Source: an uncultured virus (IMG/VR IMGVR_UViG_3300021375_000010)
Taxonomy: Duplodnaviria > Heunggongvirae > Uroviricota > Caudoviricetes
Strand: one strand, 5' to 3'
IMG/VR virus record: IMGVR_UViG_3300021375_000010
DNA: 64,000 nucleotides
Shown: one piece after another, positions 19,801 to 28,938 of the stretch
Numbering within the stretch: position 1 is the first letter of the stretch
How the letters are laid out: every line of letters begins with the position of its first letter
Position numbers and translations under genes: made by a program
Notes under the pieces: model-generated
Seen by the model: the letters and a program-made list of their open reading frames with translations, nothing else
The model's database searches: none
What the model was told of the DNA's origin: nothing

Positions 19801-20383
19801 TAGTGAAGAAAAACTCATTATGGAAGACGGTTGTTATATAGAATTCGAAGAAGATGCATGTTTAATGAGAGCAGAAGAACAACTGGGTGCTATCGTTAAA
19901 GGTGAGTTTGGTTCCACCTTCATATCAGAGGATGGTGAGTTCAATATAAGATTAGAAAGTGCTACAACAGACGAAGAAAAAACATTCTTTGTCTCAGAAG
20001 CTACAATTGATTATGATGATAAATATACATTGACAGAAGACGGTTTAAGATTGGTGATGGAAGATGGTTCACCGATAACAGACGAAGAAGCTTCTGAAAA
20101 TAGTATTACAACATATATCCCATTTGGCCCAACATTTAAAACCATAAATACAATGAGCGGTCAGCAGACATATCGCATCTCCTATTATATTAAAGATGAA
20201 GAAGATGATGGTATATTGATGGAGGACGGATATGGAACCATGTTAAATGAAGATTCCATACCCGAAGGACTTAGAATTTCAGATTTGGATTTTGTTTATC
20301 CGAAGATGTTTATGCCTAAGTTTAAGACTAACGAAAGAAAACGCATAGATTTATCATATTCTGCCTACGTAAAGTCGGCATAA
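16844..20383 (+). CDS. gp7: Baseplate wedge initiator gp7-like
   Basis: LPEYL..FLKAYFEFLE; IKDLYQSKGT..S.KFL; QDSLYYQTHSYV..LLHPAG. Confidence 0.8.
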   Translation: MQEYQTDSLSSRLPSLLPEYLKEESPALESFLKAYFEFLEAEIITLSSQSTLDNLSLEDGVGDLILEDGTVSNRFSDESRNIVTEQSITNTEKTASPFIKGEYVVGSKSKSVGKITLVTTDKLYVQTIEGHGFQKEETITGRESLQTAVVESFKQNTVLATNKLLDYSDVDRTTEEFLQYFQNDLIPSLDIGNTVNRRLTIKNIKDLYQSKGTAESVKFLMRLLYGEDATIRYPDNETQYISESGYNEIRRLRVVVDTGLPSATDRIIQYTPNSKFVEAEAIIENVFVDNFDAKEYALEITINHSGTFTQGSVVTFIDRDGITEYTGTVLGIINQVSRESSSTYVSHDDNGVILLEGEDEGGLLFEQQGLGSLYTKNDIIEFTGSKSNHTALNARGAVDGLTRGGITKIYIDAEGTGYEGEDLIVFDNVGTSGGGAEAVIGSVGDEVMLEGGTAYGHFTITATQGQTLFGGAGVTDDNGMAIFFNDADLVVFKNDIRQTPNTTYTTHDYTHRNDRVVFTAGLNAGDRVDLYTEFNRLTYEDNTNNGDTIVLETTIGNVRSVRIKSGGSGYEQVPACWPGGYIYFNDLSGFEVGETVTGGTTGATSTILRIEEDRNRLVVKRLPTDTGGYQNGETIIGGTTSTSRVNVETQVTRGEGARLFAYSDDIGGITSINLIEQGSHFYSDGILSDTSFFPMLISSPSAVPQQNVVIEGQVSGSTATIVKYDATRHILVYKNLSGCFADNETVAFNNVDTFKILKTNPYNGIGKFAGEGNMQEQFVTDKGQLNTSANHLQDSLYYQTHSYVIKVAESINKYRSVVKDLLHPAGHIFFGEVGLEKSVTGISPTSKFVPTIILVMKPVLYVPDAFSNSLRTYLLHADMSSTGPEGGVGLLTLDEAGQPVSNTDPRTGGGITEPRTEYGDSSHRSRHMNILKIVNKSVPSVRVDNVRGVVRSVGSVNLMDNQITLDYHNRKFVAADQGKIQSLHVHSEEKLIMEDGCYIEFEEDACLMRAEEQLGAIVKGEFGSTFISEDGEFNIRLESATTDEEKTFFVSEATIDYDDKYTLTEDGLRLVMEDGSPITDEEASENSITTYIPFGPTFKTINTMSGQQTYRISYYIKDEEDDGILMEDGYGTMLNEDSIPEGLRISDLDFVYPKMFMPKFKTNERKRIDLSYSAYVKSA

Positions 20384-20386
20384 CTG

Positions 20387-20394
20387 TATAAATA
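20387..20394 (+). promoter_or_regulatory. Late promoter TATAAATA
   Basis: Exact consensus upstream of gp8. Confidence 0.7.
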
Positions 20395-20426
20395 GTATAA
20401 TAAATATCTGTAGGAGATAACTAAAA

Positions 20427-21908
20427 ATGGCAGCAATTATAACAGAAAAGTTTCGTACCCATAATGCGAAACAGTTCAAAGAGGACTTTGGTGAATCAGC
20501 TTCATCAACGTATATTTTCATAGGAAGGTCACACGCATGGCCAACTGATACTTCACCCCCTGTTCCAGTAAACGGAACCAGCGAAGAGATGGATTCATTT
20601 GATGACATGCTTTCAATGAAGAAAGTGGGTAGTGGTGATGTATCACATTGTTTACCAAGATACGATTGGACTCTAAACACAATTTACGATGAGTACGCAC
20701 ACGATTACAGTACAGCAAACACTACACCAAATAATGGTAGTAATCTATGGGGTGGTAAATTCTATGTAATGACAGATGACTACAATGTATACAAATGTAT
20801 TAGAACTGCAAGAAACAGTGCAGGCGCTGTAGTTGGTTCAAACGTTAAACCTACAGGAACATCCGCAACATCTTTAATTTACACTTCAGATGTTGATGGT
20901 TCAAACAACGCTTATCCACAAGGATATATTTGGAAATATATGTATACAGTTACTGCCGCTGATACAATCAAATATGTTACTTCAGATTTCATCCCAGTTA
21001 AAACTCTTGGTGCTGTAGCAGCTGTTGCTGGTACTGGTACTAATGGTACATTGGGTTCTACTGCAACAGACGATTCTTCATCATTGTGGGATGTTGAGAA
21101 TAGTGCAGTTAATGGTGCTATATATCACGTAAGAGTTGATAACGGTGGTGCAAGTTACACTGCTGGAACATATACTGGAGTTCCAATTGCTGGTGACGGT
21201 ACAGGTGCTACATGTTCAATTGTTGTTGGTAGTGATGGCGCTATCGATGCAGTTAACTTAACCACAACCGCATATGGTTCGGGTTACAAACGTGCTTCAA
21301 TCGAACTTGCTGAATCAGGTCAATCAGGACTTGTTGCTGGTTCGGGTGCGGTATTAACACCAATAATTTCACCTATGAACGGACATGGTGCAGACCCAGT
21401 TGAAGAACTTGGTGGTAACCATATCATTGTAAACTCAAGATTTGAGTTTGCTGAAGGTTCAGGGGACTTCCCAACAGATAATGACTTTAGAAGAATCGGT
21501 CTTCTACAAGACCCATTTGCTAAGGGTACTACATCTGTGTTTACAGATACAACTGCAAATGTATGTTCAAAAATGACACTTGCAAACGCTAGTTCTTTAG
21601 AGGTTGATGACTTAATTGCTTCTGCTGGTACAGAAGTGGCTGGAACTGCAAAATCAAGAGTGATTTCAGTTAGTGGTAACGTTGTTACTCACCAACCGAT
21701 TGCCAATGCTAAAGGTCAATATGTCGCCTTTACAGCTTCTGATACAGTATTCAGAGGTTCAAGTAGTATTAGTGATGTTTCTTCAGTAGATGCTGCATTC
21801 CCCGAAGTAGAAAGATTCAGTGGTAATTTATTATATGTTGAAAACAGAGGTGCGGTAACACGTGCTGCTGACCAAATCGAAGATATTAAACTTATCATCG
21901 AAATGTAA
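20427..21908 (+). CDS. gp8: Baseplate wedge subunit gp8
   Basis: AIITEKFR..YIFIGR..W; YNVYKC; YIWKYMY; SGNLLYVENR..R..DQIEDIKLIIE. Confidence 0.9.
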   Translation: MAAIITEKFRTHNAKQFKEDFGESASSTYIFIGRSHAWPTDTSPPVPVNGTSEEMDSFDDMLSMKKVGSGDVSHCLPRYDWTLNTIYDEYAHDYSTANTTPNNGSNLWGGKFYVMTDDYNVYKCIRTARNSAGAVVGSNVKPTGTSATSLIYTSDVDGSNNAYPQGYIWKYMYTVTAADTIKYVTSDFIPVKTLGAVAAVAGTGTNGTLGSTATDDSSSLWDVENSAVNGAIYHVRVDNGGASYTAGTYTGVPIAGDGTGATCSIVVGSDGAIDAVNLTTTAYGSGYKRASIELAESGQSGLVAGSGAVLTPIISPMNGHGADPVEELGGNHIIVNSRFEFAEGSGDFPTDNDFRRIGLLQDPFAKGTTSVFTDTTANVCSKMTLANASSLEVDDLIASAGTEVAGTAKSRVISVSGNVVTHQPIANAKGQYVAFTASDTVFRGSSSISDVSSVDAAFPEVERFSGNLLYVENRGAVTRAADQIEDIKLIIEM

Positions 21909-21911
21909 TTC

Positions 21912-21930
21912 GTGGGGACTTGTTCCCCAC
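21912..21930 (+). terminator. GC-rich hairpin after gp8 (terminator or processing signal)
   Basis: GTGGGGA-CTTGT-TCCCCAC; no strong U tract. Confidence 0.45.
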
Positions 21931-21952
21931 ATTAAAATAAAAGAGTGGAATT

Positions 21953-24900
21953 ATGCCAGAAAAGACAGATTTAAATATATCTCCGTATTATGACGATTAT
22001 TCAGAAGATAAAAAGTATAGTAAAATACTTTATCGAGCTGGGCGTCCTCTACAAGCAAGAGAACTAACACAATCCCAATCCATTCTTCAAGGACAGATTG
22101 AGAGATTTGGTTCTCATATCTTTGAAGAAGGTTCATTAGTAACAGGTGCGGAATCTGATATTGACATGGATGTCTTTTATGTGAAGGTCAAGTCTGCTAA
22201 TCCTAATGCTAGCGGTCAAACATCGGTTGAAACGTACAGAACTGCATTTCATGGTAAATATGTTCAAGGTAAAAGTTCAGGTGTTGTTGCAAAGGTAACA
22301 AACTCTACAGCAGAAACTACAGACGACCCTGTAACACTATTCCTTCATTTCCATTCACAGGGTACAGATGTTTATAACTCACCAGTATTCTATCAAAATG
22401 AGGTACTACAAGAAGTATCGATTTCTGAAGATGGTACGATTAACGTTGTTGGTGGTAATAATAATGAGTTTACAATTAAAGCAACTACAGACGACCCGAT
22501 AGGTAGGGCATCTCTTGCTAGTATTTCAGAAGGTATTGTTTTTATTAGAGGATTCTTCTGTTTAGTAGATAAACAACAAATTGTTCTAGAGAAATATTCT
22601 GCTGCTCCAAGTTATAGAATAGGTCTAAACGTAACAGAAACAATTATAGATAGTGCAACAGACACTACACTATTGGACAACTCACAAGGTACATCAAACG
22701 AGAATGCTGCTGGAGCAGACAGACTTAAGATGGAACTTGTCCTCTCTAAATTTAAATTAGACACAACAGATGACGCTGACTTTATTGAACTTGCAAGAGT
22801 TAATGGTGGTATCATCGAAAGTAAAATCAGTAGACCGCAGTATGGTCAGATTGAACAAACATTAGCACGAAGAACATTTGATGCTAACGGTGATTTTGTT
22901 GTTAATCAATTTACACATAGTCTTAGAGAACATCTAAACAACACAACAAATAATGGTTTTTATACTGAACAATATGGTGGTGATGCAGACAGATTTGTTA
23001 TGCAAATATCGCCAGGTAAAGCGTATGTTAAAGGTTTTGAGATTGATAAAATTGGTACAACATCTCTAAACTTTGCAAAAGCGAGGTCAACAGTCACACT
23101 CGCTGGTTCTAATACACCAGTCAGATTAGGTAATATTTTAAGAGTCACAAATGCACATGGATTGCCAGAATTTGGTAATGAAGGCACAAATGCAAGTCAA
23201 GAAAGATATGGTGATATGGACTTGTATGATACTGTACAGAATTCAACAAACGTTAATGCTGGGTCGCCAAGTTTTGCTGGAAAGCATATTGGTAAAGCAC
23301 GTATTAGAAATGTAGACTTACATAGTGGTGCTTCGGATTCAAGTGGTGAATATAACCAAACTACTTCTATTTGGAACATATATCTATTTGATATCAAAAT
23401 GTATACTGAAGTTAAAGCAAATACATTTACTGGTACATTTACTGAAGGCGACCAAATAGTATCTACAAACTCAGCAGGTCAAATAGTTGGTACAGGTATT
23501 GTCGCATACAACACAAGTAACACAACTGTATATATTCACGATGTTACTGGTGGTTTCTATACTGGTGATACTATATCCACTAAAGGTAAGACAAGTGCAA
23601 CAGGAACAATTACAGAGACAAGAACCTATAACGTAGACCGTACTCGTGGGGTTACACAAGCTTCAAAAGATACTACTTTACAAACATTCGTTGGTGATGC
23701 TGTTGCAGATGCCGACAATACTTTATCAGGTTCTATTTCATTAACGGCACAAGGCGCACTAACAGGATTTGGTTCAAGATTCGCATCCGAACTTAAAGAA
23801 GGTGACATCATCATTGATGGTACTGGCAACGAAAGAGTTATTCAAACTGTTACAGATTCTAGTAATGCTCAGTGTACCGACAACACTGGCGTATCTCCAA
23901 TCTCAAATGGTAATGTAACAAGACGTAGAGTTAGAATTCATAAACAAGACCAAACTGCAGCTATCTACGCATGGCCTAGAGATTGGGTTGCTGAACATAC
24001 TGGTAAGAATGTTAAAGTAAGAAGACAACACATAGTAACAATAAACAGTGGTGCATTCACTATTAGTGCTGGTTCTCAAGCAACCTTCGAAGCTAGAAAT
24101 ACAGATAACTTCTCAATCGCAGTGGTAAAAGCATCTACAGATAGTGGCGCATTCGATGCTGGGGATTTACTAGACATCGAAGACCTAAGTCCCAATGTGA
24201 CTGGTAATCAATTAACATGTACACTAGCAAACAATAGTGGTGCGGTTCTTAAAGTTACATCTACAGTATTGTTGACTTCTCCAACATCTCGTTCTAAAAC
24301 ACTAAACAAATCAAGATTGCTTAAAGTCACTCAACCTAGAAGTGCTAATGGTTATTATGGAACTGCATATGATGATAAAGAAATTACACTAGGTGTTGCT
24401 GACGTTCATAAGATTCATGCAATATACGAAGGTGGAACTGCACCAGTTATGCCGAATGCAAGTTTTGGTACAGTTACTGGAACATTTACACAATACGAAA
24501 CTTTGGTTGGTCAGACATCAAATGCACGTGCAATATTGGTATACTATGCTGGTAGTGGTGCTATATCTCATTATAGAATGGTTAGTGGTTCATTTGTTGA
24601 GAATGAGGTAATTGTTGGCGCATCATCAAGTGCATCTGTTACTATATCAAACGTACATCAAGGTTCAGAAGATATTAAGAGTAGATACTTCTTTGATAAT
24701 GGTCAAAGAGATGGTTACTATGACCTTGGAAAACTAACAAGAAAAACTGGAGAACCTGCTCCTAACGGCCCACTACTTATTTGTTTCGATTATTTTTCTG
24801 CTGCTGCTGGAGAATATTTTGATGTTGAATCATATAAGTCAATCGACTATGATGACATACCAGTATATTCCCCCAATAGAATAGACTTGGGTGGTTTAGA

Positions 24901-27900
24901 ACCCGATGGAACATTTGAACTTTCAGATTGTATTGACTTTAGACCAGTTGCTGGACAGATTCTTGGAACTTCTAATTTTAAAATAGACAATTCAAAAACT
25001 CCAACCAACGCAATTGATTTATCAAATAATACAACTGGTGCTGTATTTGCTCCGTTTGGTTATGATACAGGTAGAAACTTTAGTGACTCAAGAGTTGGCA
25101 TTACACAAACACATGCAATCACAAATGATTCCCCAGTTCCAGGCTCAAGTGTAACTGGTGATATAAAATTCTATGTAGGTAGAACCGATAAAGTATATCT
25201 ACACAAATCAGGTACATTCCAAACTGCAGTAGGGATACCTTCACTATCACCAACTAAACCAAAAGGTATAGATGATGCTATTGAGTTATTTGAACTACAG
25301 GTTCCTGCTTATACTTCTAGTATAAAAAATGTTAAAGTAAGGTCACATGACCATCGTAGATTTACGATGAAAGATATCGGTAGGATTAATAACCGTGTGA
25401 CTAACTTAGAAAGAATTACATCTCTTTCTCTATTAGAAAAAGACACACAAACAAAACAAATACTAGATGCAGATGGATTCGATAGATTCAAGTCAGGTTT
25501 CTTAGTTGATAACTTTAAAGGACACAGAGTTGGAGATGTTAACCATCCCGACTATAACGTTGCTATTGACACTGAACTTGGTGCTATGAGACCTAAGAAC
25601 TTCTCACAGTTCTTTGATATATCTTTAAACACTGCTCTTTCTTCTGATTATCAGAAGACAGGGGATTTAATTACCTTACCATATACAACTATTAATTTAG
25701 CACAAAATGATAAGGCCTCTAGACATATCAATGTCAACCCATATCACGTATTCAGTTTCTTTGGTAATGTTAAGTTAACACCCGAAACAGATATTTGGCA
25801 AGACAGAGACCAATTGCCAGAAGTAAGAATTAATAGAGAAGGTAACTTCGATGCACTTGTGTCTGAAAATAAAAATGCTATGGGAACCGTTTGGAACGAA
25901 TGGCAGACTACATGGGCGGGTAAACCCGAAATGGTTGCTACTGAAGTACAAGCAACTTCAAATGGTTCTTGGAATGGAGACCCAACACAACATGGTCAAT
26001 GGACTTCAGGATTTCAGGTAACAAGAGAGATTACAGAGACTGTAGAAACACAAACAAGAACTGGTGTATCAACAAGTGTTGTTGAAGACTTTGTAGAAAC
26101 AAGAAATGACAGAGTTGTAAGTGTAACACTTATACCATTCATGCGTGCTAGAACTATTGCGATACATTGTACAAACTTAAAACCAAATACATTCCATTAT
26201 TTCTTCTTTGATAACGAAAGAATAGATGATTTCATCGCACCTACTAGTTCTACATACTCACATAATGGTGGAACAACCGTCCTATCAATTTCAAAGACAG
26301 ACAAAAATGGTGAACTGAAGGCGAACTTCTTTTTGCCAGGCGGAAAATTCCCTACTGGTCAAAGAGAATTAAGAGTTACTTCAAGTTACAGTAATATATC
26401 ATCACCTAATTCACATGGTAGTGGTATGTATCAGGCTCAGGGTCATTTAACATCAACTCAAACTGAAGTTACATCTACAAGAAATGGTAGAGTTATTCGT
26501 GAAAGAACAAGTGGCGAAAGACAGATTACAAAACCTGGCGAAAGGACGAATATCTTGCCTTGGGATACTGTTGCACCACCAGTGCCTATTCCCGAAATAC
26601 CACCTATTAGAGAAGTTTACATTGAACTTCCACCACAGATTTTAATAGAAGAAGTTATTATTGAAAGAATCGTGGAGGTTGAAGTTCCTGTTATATCAGT
26701 AATTCAATCACCGCCTGTTTTCATTCCAATACCAAATGATACAACTCCGCCACCTGTTTTTGTTCCGCCCGTTCCAGTGTCACCGCCAGAACCTGTAGTC
26801 ATAAATGAACCCATAGACACTTGGCGAGATTTCACGGGTCGAAATATATCACCTCAATTCCCCGAGATGGAAAGAGGATGGGGTGACCCACTTGCTCAAT
26901 CATTCCTAGTGGAACAATCAGGTGGTACCTTTGCAACTGGAATTGATGTATTCTTCCAGTCTAAAGATACACATATCCCAGTTTCTGTTGAAATTAGAAA
27001 CATGGTTAATGGATATCCTGGCCAAATAGTAATGCCTTTCTCAGTGGTAACATTGAACCCATCTGCTGTCAACATATCACAAGATGGAAGCAAGGCGACA
27101 ACATTTACTTTTGAATCACCAGTATACCTTCAACAAGATGTTGAGTATTGTTTTGTAGTTTACTCTAACTCAAATGAGTATGAGGCTTTCATATCTAGAA
27201 TGGGTGAAAAAGATATTGCAACAGGTCAGACAATTGCTGGACAACCATATGCTGGTTCATTGTTCTTATCACAGAACGCATCAACATGGACTGCTACACA
27301 GGAAGATGACCTCAAGTTTACAATCAAAAGGGCTGTATTTAACCAATCAAAAACACCAAAATTGGTATTTGAAAATGATGCATTACCAACTACAAAACTG
27401 CAATCGAACCCGATTGAAACATACATTGGTAAAAACTATGTGAAGGTATATAACTACTCACATGGTATGTATAAGTCAGATTCAAATGTTATTCTAAGTG
27501 GCATAACAGGTAATGCATTAAATGGTGTATTACGAATTGCAACACCTAGTGTATCGGGAACACCAAGTGCTGGTACATATACTGTACAACAAACAAGTAC
27601 AACTGGTAGTGGTACTGGTTGTTCTGTAGAAATTGTAGTTGTAAACAATAACATCACTAGTTCTACTATTACGAACCCTGGCGAAGGACATGCTGTTGGT
27701 AACACTTTAACATTCACAGACTTTGATGGTGGAACAGCGGATTGTACAATAGTTATCGATAAGGTTGGTGATACTCTAGGTGGGTTCCCAATCGAAGAGT
27801 TGAATAGAACTCTTGGATATAGTACTATTAGTAATATAGAAATCGATGCATTCACAATAGTACCCGACCTATCATCATATGATTTAAAATCAAGTTATGG

Positions 27901-28726
27901 TGCCTTGGAATCTACAGTAGGTGGTGGTTCGAATTCTTTTGCAACAAGAAACTACTACTACGATTCTATACACACAATGATTCCGAATGTTATTCCGCCA
28001 TTGACAAGAGTTTTGGCTGCAGTAACTAGAACACCTATGGATTCGCCTGAAGGTTATAACCAAGGTGGGAACGCATATGATAAGAACTCAACACAAGATT
28101 TCATTACACTAAATGACAACGCATACTTTGGAACATCAAGTGTTGTTGCATCGCCAATCAATGAACAAAATGAAATGGCAAGTACGAAATCCTTTACGTG
28201 TACGTTGCAACTACAATCAGCAACACCTAATATATCACCAGTCATAGACGTGGGTACAGTTGGTGCTATTGCGATATTGAATAGAATTAACAACATTGAT
28301 ACTTCTGCAGACGTGCCTGGAGAGCCAGGAAGTCCTGTTACTAATTATATCCCGTCAACAGACCCCGATGGTGATAACAATGCAATGGTTTATATCACTA
28401 GAAAAGTCAATCTAAAAACTCCTGCTACATCTCTAAGAGTTGTTGCAGATGTATTTAAACCCGAAACTACAGGTGTTGAAGTACTATATAAAGTGCTGAA
28501 GAATGATGACTCAACACCGTTTGATGATTTAGGGTGGTCATACTTTAATGGTGATGGTTCGCCAGACACTGCAGTAGAGTCGGATGCTAGAAACTTTAAA
28601 GAAAACGAATGGTCAGTCGAAGACTTGCCAGAGTTTAGTGCTTTCTCAGTTAAGATTGTAGGTAAAGCAACAAACACTTCAGTAATTCCTATGGTATCTG
28701 CTCTTAGATGTTTAGGACTTGCATAA
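21953..28726 (+). CDS. Very large virion structural protein (VrlC/DUF4815-like), 2257 aa
   Basis: LNISPYYDDY..GRPLQARELTQ.Q; RFKSGFLVDNF; DPLAQSF motifs. Confidence 0.8.
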   Translation: MPEKTDLNISPYYDDYSEDKKYSKILYRAGRPLQARELTQSQSILQGQIERFGSHIFEEGSLVTGAESDIDMDVFYVKVKSANPNASGQTSVETYRTAFHGKYVQGKSSGVVAKVTNSTAETTDDPVTLFLHFHSQGTDVYNSPVFYQNEVLQEVSISEDGTINVVGGNNNEFTIKATTDDPIGRASLASISEGIVFIRGFFCLVDKQQIVLEKYSAAPSYRIGLNVTETIIDSATDTTLLDNSQGTSNENAAGADRLKMELVLSKFKLDTTDDADFIELARVNGGIIESKISRPQYGQIEQTLARRTFDANGDFVVNQFTHSLREHLNNTTNNGFYTEQYGGDADRFVMQISPGKAYVKGFEIDKIGTTSLNFAKARSTVTLAGSNTPVRLGNILRVTNAHGLPEFGNEGTNASQERYGDMDLYDTVQNSTNVNAGSPSFAGKHIGKARIRNVDLHSGASDSSGEYNQTTSIWNIYLFDIKMYTEVKANTFTGTFTEGDQIVSTNSAGQIVGTGIVAYNTSNTTVYIHDVTGGFYTGDTISTKGKTSATGTITETRTYNVDRTRGVTQASKDTTLQTFVGDAVADADNTLSGSISLTAQGALTGFGSRFASELKEGDIIIDGTGNERVIQTVTDSSNAQCTDNTGVSPISNGNVTRRRVRIHKQDQTAAIYAWPRDWVAEHTGKNVKVRRQHIVTINSGAFTISAGSQATFEARNTDNFSIAVVKASTDSGAFDAGDLLDIEDLSPNVTGNQLTCTLANNSGAVLKVTSTVLLTSPTSRSKTLNKSRLLKVTQPRSANGYYGTAYDDKEITLGVADVHKIHAIYEGGTAPVMPNASFGTVTGTFTQYETLVGQTSNARAILVYYAGSGAISHYRMVSGSFVENEVIVGASSSASVTISNVHQGSEDIKSRYFFDNGQRDGYYDLGKLTRKTGEPAPNGPLLICFDYFSAAAGEYFDVESYKSIDYDDIPVYSPNRIDLGGLEPDGTFELSDCIDFRPVAGQILGTSNFKIDNSKTPTNAIDLSNNTTGAVFAPFGYDTGRNFSDSRVGITQTHAITNDSPVPGSSVTGDIKFYVGRTDKVYLHKSGTFQTAVGIPSLSPTKPKGIDDAIELFELQVPAYTSSIKNVKVRSHDHRRFTMKDIGRINNRVTNLERITSLSLLEKDTQTKQILDADGFDRFKSGFLVDNFKGHRVGDVNHPDYNVAIDTELGAMRPKNFSQFFDISLNTALSSDYQKTGDLITLPYTTINLAQNDKASRHINVNPYHVFSFFGNVKLTPETDIWQDRDQLPEVRINREGNFDALVSENKNAMGTVWNEWQTTWAGKPEMVATEVQATSNGSWNGDPTQHGQWTSGFQVTREITETVETQTRTGVSTSVVEDFVETRNDRVVSVTLIPFMRARTIAIHCTNLKPNTFHYFFFDNERIDDFIAPTSSTYSHNGGTTVLSISKTDKNGELKANFFLPGGKFPTGQRELRVTSSYSNISSPNSHGSGMYQAQGHLTSTQTEVTSTRNGRVIRERTSGERQITKPGERTNILPWDTVAPPVPIPEIPPIREVYIELPPQILIEEVIIERIVEVEVPVISVIQSPPVFIPIPNDTTPPPVFVPPVPVSPPEPVVINEPIDTWRDFTGRNISPQFPEMERGWGDPLAQSFLVEQSGGTFATGIDVFFQSKDTHIPVSVEIRNMVNGYPGQIVMPFSVVTLNPSAVNISQDGSKATTFTFESPVYLQQDVEYCFVVYSNSNEYEAFISRMGEKDIATGQTIAGQPYAGSLFLSQNASTWTATQEDDLKFTIKRAVFNQSKTPKLVFENDALPTTKLQSNPIETYIGKNYVKVYNYSHGMYKSDSNVILSGITGNALNGVLRIATPSVSGTPSAGTYTVQQTSTTGSGTGCSVEIVVVNNNITSSTITNPGEGHAVGNTLTFTDFDGGTADCTIVIDKVGDTLGGFPIEELNRTLGYSTISNIEIDAFTIVPDLSSYDLKSSYGALESTVGGGSNSFATRNYYYDSIHTMIPNVIPPLTRVLAAVTRTPMDSPEGYNQGGNAYDKNSTQDFITLNDNAYFGTSSVVASPINEQNEMASTKSFTCTLQLQSATPNISPVIDVGTVGAIAILNRINNIDTSADVPGEPGSPVTNYIPSTDPDGDNNAMVYITRKVNLKTPATSLRVVADVFKPETTGVEVLYKVLKNDDSTPFDDLGWSYFNGDGSPDTAVESDARNFKENEWSVEDLPEFSAFSVKIVGKATNTSVIPMVSALRCLGLA

Positions 28727-28938
28727 TGTCTGAATATTGGAAAGTAGATGGTCATTCATCATTAGCAAGAGATTCAGAATCTACTGCTGTGGTGAATACT
28801 GATATTAATGCTTATAGGGCGCAAAAACTTAGGAAAGAAAGCTTCAAAAGACAAGTAGAAGAGATAAATAATTTAAAGAAAGATGTTTCAGATATTAAAA
28901 CATTATTAACACAACTGGTAGATAAAATTCATGGCTAA
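28726..28938 (+). CDS. Small conserved coiled-coil protein
   Basis: KVDGHSSLARD..S.AVVNTD..EINNLKKDVSDIK; TAATG overlap with the upstream stop. Confidence 0.75.
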   Translation: MSEYWKVDGHSSLARDSESTAVVNTDINAYRAQKLRKESFKRQVEEINNLKKDVSDIKTLLTQLVDKIHG

